A DNA stretch of 64,000 bases. It comes from Nannocystis pusilla. Lineage in GTDB: Bacteria > Myxococcota_A > Polyangia > Nannocystales > Nannocystaceae. The notes beneath the pieces were generated by a model. It was not told the origin of the DNA, did no database searches, and saw only the letters and a list, made by a program, of their open reading frames with translations. The position numbers were made by a program, and so were the translations under genes. The stretch lies in the NCBI RefSeq assembly GCF_049337375.1, contig NZ_JBMPIV010000015.1. One strand, given 5' to 3'. Positions 60,089-64,000 of the stretch are shown piece after piece (the stretch's first letter is position 1; each line of letters begins with the position of its first letter).

Positions 60089-61114
60089 ATGACCGTCCTC
60101 GTCACCGGCGCCGCGGGTCACATCGGCGCGAATTTAGTCCGTACGTTGCTGTCTCGCGGCGAGCGCGTCCGCGTGCTCGTCCGCAATTCTCAGCGCGCGC
60201 TCGCGGGGCTCGACGTCGAACGCGTCACCGGCGACGTGCGCGATCCGGACGCGGCGCGCCGCGCGACCGCGGGAGTCGACGTCGTGTATCACCTCGCGGC
60301 CCAGATCTCGATCTCGGGCGACCCGCGGGGGCTGGTGCGCGCCGTCAACGTCGACGGGGTGCGCTCGATCGCCGAGGCGGCGCTGGCCGCCGGCGTGCGC
60401 CGCCTGGTCCACTGCAGCTCGGTCCACGCGTTCGACCTCTACCGCGAGGGCACGAGCGGCGTGGAGGTCGACGAGCGCTGGCCGCGGGTGCCCGACGAGC
60501 CGAGTCACTTCGCGTACGACCGCTCGAAGGCGGCCGGCGAGCGGGCGCTCCGCGAGGTGATGGGACGCGGCCTCGACGCGGTGATCGTGCATCCCTCGGG
60601 CGTGATCGGGCCGTACGACTTCGGACCGTCGCGCATGGGCCGGATGTTCCTGCAGCTGTACCGGCGGTCGCTGCCGAGCCTGATCGACGGGGCGTTCGAC
60701 TTCGTCGACGTGCGCGACGTGGTGGCCGGGATGCTGGCCGCGCAGGCCCGCGGCGAGAACGGCGAGAACTACCTGCTGACGGGGCACACGGTGCACGTGC
60801 GCGACATCGGAGCCATCGCCGAGGCCATCACCGGCGTGAAGCCGCCGCGGCTGGTGGCGCCGATCTGGTTCGCGCGCATCGGGGTGCCGCTGTTCGGGGT
60901 CGCCGGCGCGGTGATGCGGCAGGAGCCGCTCTACACCCACGAGTCGCTGTCGGTGCTGGCCACCCGCGCGCGCTTCGACCACGGCAAGGCCGAGCGCGCG
61001 CTCGGCTACACGGTCCGGCCGTTCGCCGACAGCGTGCGCGACATCTACGAGTGGTTCGACGCCGCGGGGATGCTCGGCAAGAAGCGCCTGGCGAGCAGCG
61101 AGACGCGGATCTGA
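60089..61114 (+). CDS. NAD-dependent epimerase/dehydratase (HpnA/dihydroflavonol-reductase-like)
   Basis: MTVLVTGAAGHIGANLVRTLL. YDRSK. Confidence 0.8.
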   Translation: MTVLVTGAAGHIGANLVRTLLSRGERVRVLVRNSQRALAGLDVERVTGDVRDPDAARRATAGVDVVYHLAAQISISGDPRGLVRAVNVDGVRSIAEAALAAGVRRLVHCSSVHAFDLYREGTSGVEVDERWPRVPDEPSHFAYDRSKAAGERALREVMGRGLDAVIVHPSGVIGPYDFGPSRMGRMFLQLYRRSLPSLIDGAFDFVDVRDVVAGMLAAQARGENGENYLLTGHTVHVRDIGAIAEAITGVKPPRLVAPIWFARIGVPLFGVAGAVMRQEPLYTHESLSVLATRARFDHGKAERALGYTVRPFADSVRDIYEWFDAAGMLGKKRLASSETRI

Positions 61115-61261
61115 GCGACTGTCCCGCGGGACATGGCCTGCGGGACAGGCGCGATCTGTTCGCCGCGCCTGCCAGCTCGGCCACGCGACCGGCGCGTCCA
61201 GGTCGGTCGCAAGCCCGACCGCTCCGTCGTGAGCAGGAGCGCGGAGGGGCTCCGAGAGCGC

Positions 61262-61336
61262 GGGTGGCTCTCGGGGCATGTCAAAAAGGGCAGGTTCGAT
61301 GGGGCATGTCGCCGAGGACATGCCCGAGAGGTCACC
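61262..61336. repeat. GGACATGTCC-family palindromic repeat array
   Basis: ggggcatgtcaaaaagggcaggttcgatggggcatgtcgccgaggacatgcccgag. Confidence 0.7.
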
Positions 61337-61619
61337 AGGACGGCTTCTCTTCCTCGGGGCCCGGGTCGGGCTTGGCGGCGCCGGAGGGCTTGTCGGCGGC
61401 GGCCGGCGCGGGCGGGGTCGCCGGCGGGGCGGCCTCGGGCGCAGCGGGCGGGGCGGCGACGGGCGCCGGGGTCGGCTGGGGTTGAGCGGGCGGCGGGGCC
61501 GCGGTCTTGGTGTCGGCCTTGGTCTCGACTTTCTTGGCGTCCTTGCTGCCGCAGGCCGGGGTGGCGGCGGTGGCGAGCAGCATGGTGGCCGCGAGGAACT
61601 TCTCCAGGTCGATCTTCAT
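61332..61619 (-). CDS. small Pro/Ala-rich lipoprotein
   Basis: Signal peptide with TPACGS lipobox. Confidence 0.5.
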   Translation of the reverse strand: MKIDLEKFLAATMLLATAATPACGSKDAKKVETKADTKTAAPPPAQPQPTPAPVAAPPAAPEAAPPATPPAPAAADKPSGAAKPDPGPEEEKPSW

Positions 61620-61749
61620 CGCTGTCTCCTTCGTGGCGCGGTCGCCGCGCCGTGCCGCGCGAGTATAACCCCGTCCTCGGGGGTCGCCACGAACCGGCGA
61701 CGGCAGGCGGGCGGTCTGCGCGGGCTCGCCGCGGGGCCTGGCCCAAAGG

Positions 61750-62535
61750 TCAGGCGCCGGTGAACTTCGCCGCCCGGCGCTCGACGAACGACTGCATGCC
61801 CTCGCGCGCGTCGTCCGAGCCCATGATCGCGCGGACCTCGGCCATCATGCCGGCGAGGGCGGCCTCGGGGCCGCGCTCCACGGTCGTGCGGGCGGTGGCG
61901 AGGGTGGCCCGCACGCCGAGCGGGGCCTGGGCGGCGATCGTGGCCGCGATCTCGGCCGCCCGCTCGACCTGCTTGCCGGGCTCGACCACTTCCTGCGCGA
62001 GGCCGATCCGCAGCGCCTCGGCGGCGTCGAACATGTCGCCGGTGAGGAGCCAGCGCATCGCGTTGCCCCACCCGGCCACCTGCGGCAGCCGCAAGGTCGC
62101 GCCGCCGAACGGGAAGATCCCGCGCCGGATCTCGATCTGGCCGAAGCGCGCGTCGCTGGCGGCGATCCGGATGTCGGCGGCCAGCATCAACTCGATGCCG
62201 AGGGTCAGACAGTAGCCCTGGACGGCCAGCACGACCGGCTTGCTGCGCACGCGCCCGTGGAGGCCGAGCGGGTCGACCGCGCCCGCGGGGAACAGCGGCT
62301 CGCCGCGCGCGACGGCGGGGCCGACCTCGGCGAGGTCGAGGCCGGCCGTGAAGTGCTCGCCGTGGGCGAACACGACGGCGCAGCGCAGCTGCGGGTCGTC
62401 CTCGAATTCGGTGAAGGCCTCGGCCAGCTGCCGCAGCATGGCGAGGTCGAAGGCGTTGCGCTTGGCGGCGCGGTCGAGGCCGATCATCCGCACGTGGCCG
62501 TGTGTCTGGGTCGAGATCCGGCGGTCCGTGGACAT
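61750..62535 (-). CDS. enoyl-CoA hydratase/isomerase family protein
   Basis: Crotonase motifs (AAKRNAF; AVQGYCLTLGIELMLAADIRIA). Confidence 0.8.
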   Translation of the reverse strand: MSTDRRISTQTHGHVRMIGLDRAAKRNAFDLAMLRQLAEAFTEFEDDPQLRCAVVFAHGEHFTAGLDLAEVGPAVARGEPLFPAGAVDPLGLHGRVRSKPVVLAVQGYCLTLGIELMLAADIRIAASDARFGQIEIRRGIFPFGGATLRLPQVAGWGNAMRWLLTGDMFDAAEALRIGLAQEVVEPGKQVERAAEIAATIAAQAPLGVRATLATARTTVERGPEAALAGMMAEVRAIMGSDDAREGMQSFVERRAAKFTGA

Positions 62536-62656
62536 GCGCGCGAGCATACACCGCGAGACGGGGCGGCGGGAGGATGTGATGTCTGAAGGGACATGGTGAA
62601 AGAGACAGGCGATGAGGCGACCGATCGGGGGCGGTGAAAGCTGGTATCGTGGCGGC

Positions 62657-63418
62657 ATGGCGGACGAGCCGACGGGAGAAGAAATGATGGCCGCGCTCAT
62701 CGAGCTGCACCGCGGGCTCGAGCGCATGGGGCCGGGAGACACGCAGTTCAGCCGGGAGATCCTGGCGGGCTTGCCGGCGCTGCCGGAGGCGCCGCGGATC
62801 GCCGACCTCGGCTGCGGCGCGGGGGCCGGGGCGCTGCTGCTGGCGGAGACGTTCGGGGCGCCGGTGATCGCGGTCGATGGGTTGCGGGCGTTCCTCGACC
62901 AGCTCGAGGCGCGGGCGCATGAGCGCGGGCTCGCGTCGCTCGTGCGCGCGGTGGAGGCCGACTTCGGCGCGCTCGACTGGCCGGCCGGATCGCTCGACTT
63001 GCTGTGGTCGGAGGGGGCGGCGTACCACCTGACGTTCGCCGGCGCGGTACAGCGCTGGCGACCGCTGCTGGCGCAGGGCGGGGTCGCGGTGATCTCGGAG
63101 GCGAGCTGGTGGACCGAGACGCCGGCCGCGGCGGCGCGCGAGTACTGGGCCGCCGGTTATCCGGCGATGGGGACCGAGGCGACGAACGCCGCGCACGCGC
63201 GTGAGGCGGGGTTCGCGGTGCTGGGCGTGCACCGGCTGCCGGCGCGAGCGTGGTGGGACAACTACTACGGGCCGCGCCTGCGCCGGGTGGAAGAGGTCCG
63301 TGAGACGGCGGACGCGGCGATGCGCGCGGCCATCCGCGAGACGGAGGCGGAGGTGGCGATGTTCCGCGCGCACGCCGACGACTACGGGTACTCGTTCTAC
63401 GTGCTGCGGGCGGTGTGA
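62657..63418 (+). CDS. class I SAM-dependent methyltransferase
   Basis: DLGCGAGAGA motif I. Confidence 0.75.
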   Translation: MADEPTGEEMMAALIELHRGLERMGPGDTQFSREILAGLPALPEAPRIADLGCGAGAGALLLAETFGAPVIAVDGLRAFLDQLEARAHERGLASLVRAVEADFGALDWPAGSLDLLWSEGAAYHLTFAGAVQRWRPLLAQGGVAVISEASWWTETPAAAAREYWAAGYPAMGTEATNAAHAREAGFAVLGVHRLPARAWWDNYYGPRLRRVEEVRETADAAMRAAIRETEAEVAMFRAHADDYGYSFYVLRAV

Positions 63419-63423
63419 GTGGA

Positions 63424-63492
63424 TGCTGGTCGATAGGACAGGTGATGGTTATGATGGAAGGGACATGACTTGAAGGACATGTCCTTCGATTT
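63424..63492. repeat. GGACATGTCC-family palindromic repeat array
   Basis: ataggacaggtgatgg...gaagggacatgacttgaaggacatgtccttcga. Confidence 0.7.
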
Positions 63493-64000
63493 GTGTCGGT
63501 CTGCTGGGTCTCGGCGGCGGCGGAGGGCTCGCAGGCTGGCCGCGAGACAGGTGAGAGCGGGCCGCCGTGACGGCAGCCGCGGCCCCTTCGGGCGGGCTCG
63601 CGCCGGCCGAGCCGTCGGCGGCTCCGAGGTCGGAACTGCCGGTGCTCGCGGGGCTCGCGGCCGGTGGTCGGATCACCGGTGGTCGGTGCCTCGACTGGAC
63701 GAGCGGCGATCCACAGGTGGTTGTTGACGCTGCGCGGCGTGCCGTCGACGAGACTTCGGCGCAGACGCGCGTGATGCGGCGGCGGGCGGCTCGACGAGGT
63801 CGGTGAACGGGTCGCCCGGCGACGGGCACCGCCTCCTGGGGCTTGTGGTAGCCACTCCGGCGAAGGCCTTGCACCGACGACGACGCTTCACGTGCCGGCG
63901 GCGATCGGGCGGGGGACGTAGGGGCGCGAGGTGGCGGCCTCGCCGACGACTGCGTTCACCTCGTTGCCGCCGCCCCCGCCACGGAACACACCCTGCGGGT

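Noticed and set aside
63449-64000. Short ORFs at the 3' end of the window.
   Set aside because: None has a recognisable motif, and the window ends before any could be evaluated.

Overview
The window is a high-GC (~70%+) chromosomal segment whose gene content suggests a myxobacterium (Myxococcota); this assignment is an inference. The supporting genes are cdnL, a DUF4388-Roadblock fusion, a lipoprotein with Myxococcus-type Cys-rich repeats, a Ser/Thr kinase with TPR repeats, and many lipoproteins.

The first ~6 kb is the 3' end of a PKS/FAS-like biosynthetic locus. It carries a beta-branching (HMG-CoA-synthase) cassette: KS (partial), FabG-type KR, HMGS, ECH1, ECH2, two tandem FabI-type enoyl reductases, and an ACP.

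The rest is mostly housekeeping and envelope genes. Recognisable ones are a PduO-type cobalamin adenosyltransferase, cdnL, nadB, pgsA, pabB, two tandem lspA genes, mdh-sucC-sucD, M28 and M3 peptidases, a TetR/monooxygenase pair, an MsrP-like Mo-enzyme, smpB and comF.

The candidates most likely to be novel are:
- a six-gene, translationally coupled operon: bacterial GRAS-domain protein, unknown 180-aa protein, PP2C/SpoIIE phosphatase, RsbW-like kinase, STAS antagonist, class III nucleotide cyclase;
- a macro-domain protein operon with two membrane proteins, immediately downstream of cdnL;
- a pervasive family of short palindromic repeats (core GGACATGTCC, usually 2-4 units at ~16-bp spacing) found in almost every intergenic region;
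- a cluster of stem-loop repeats immediately downstream of the ACP gene, a ~110-bp tandem duplication, and tandem degenerate copies of the lspA 3' end.

No rRNA, tRNA or CRISPR array could be supported. All calls rest on reading the six-frame translations for family motifs, because no searches could be run. Gene starts were re-derived where the ORF track extends through Arg/Pro-rich high-GC N-terminal extensions.
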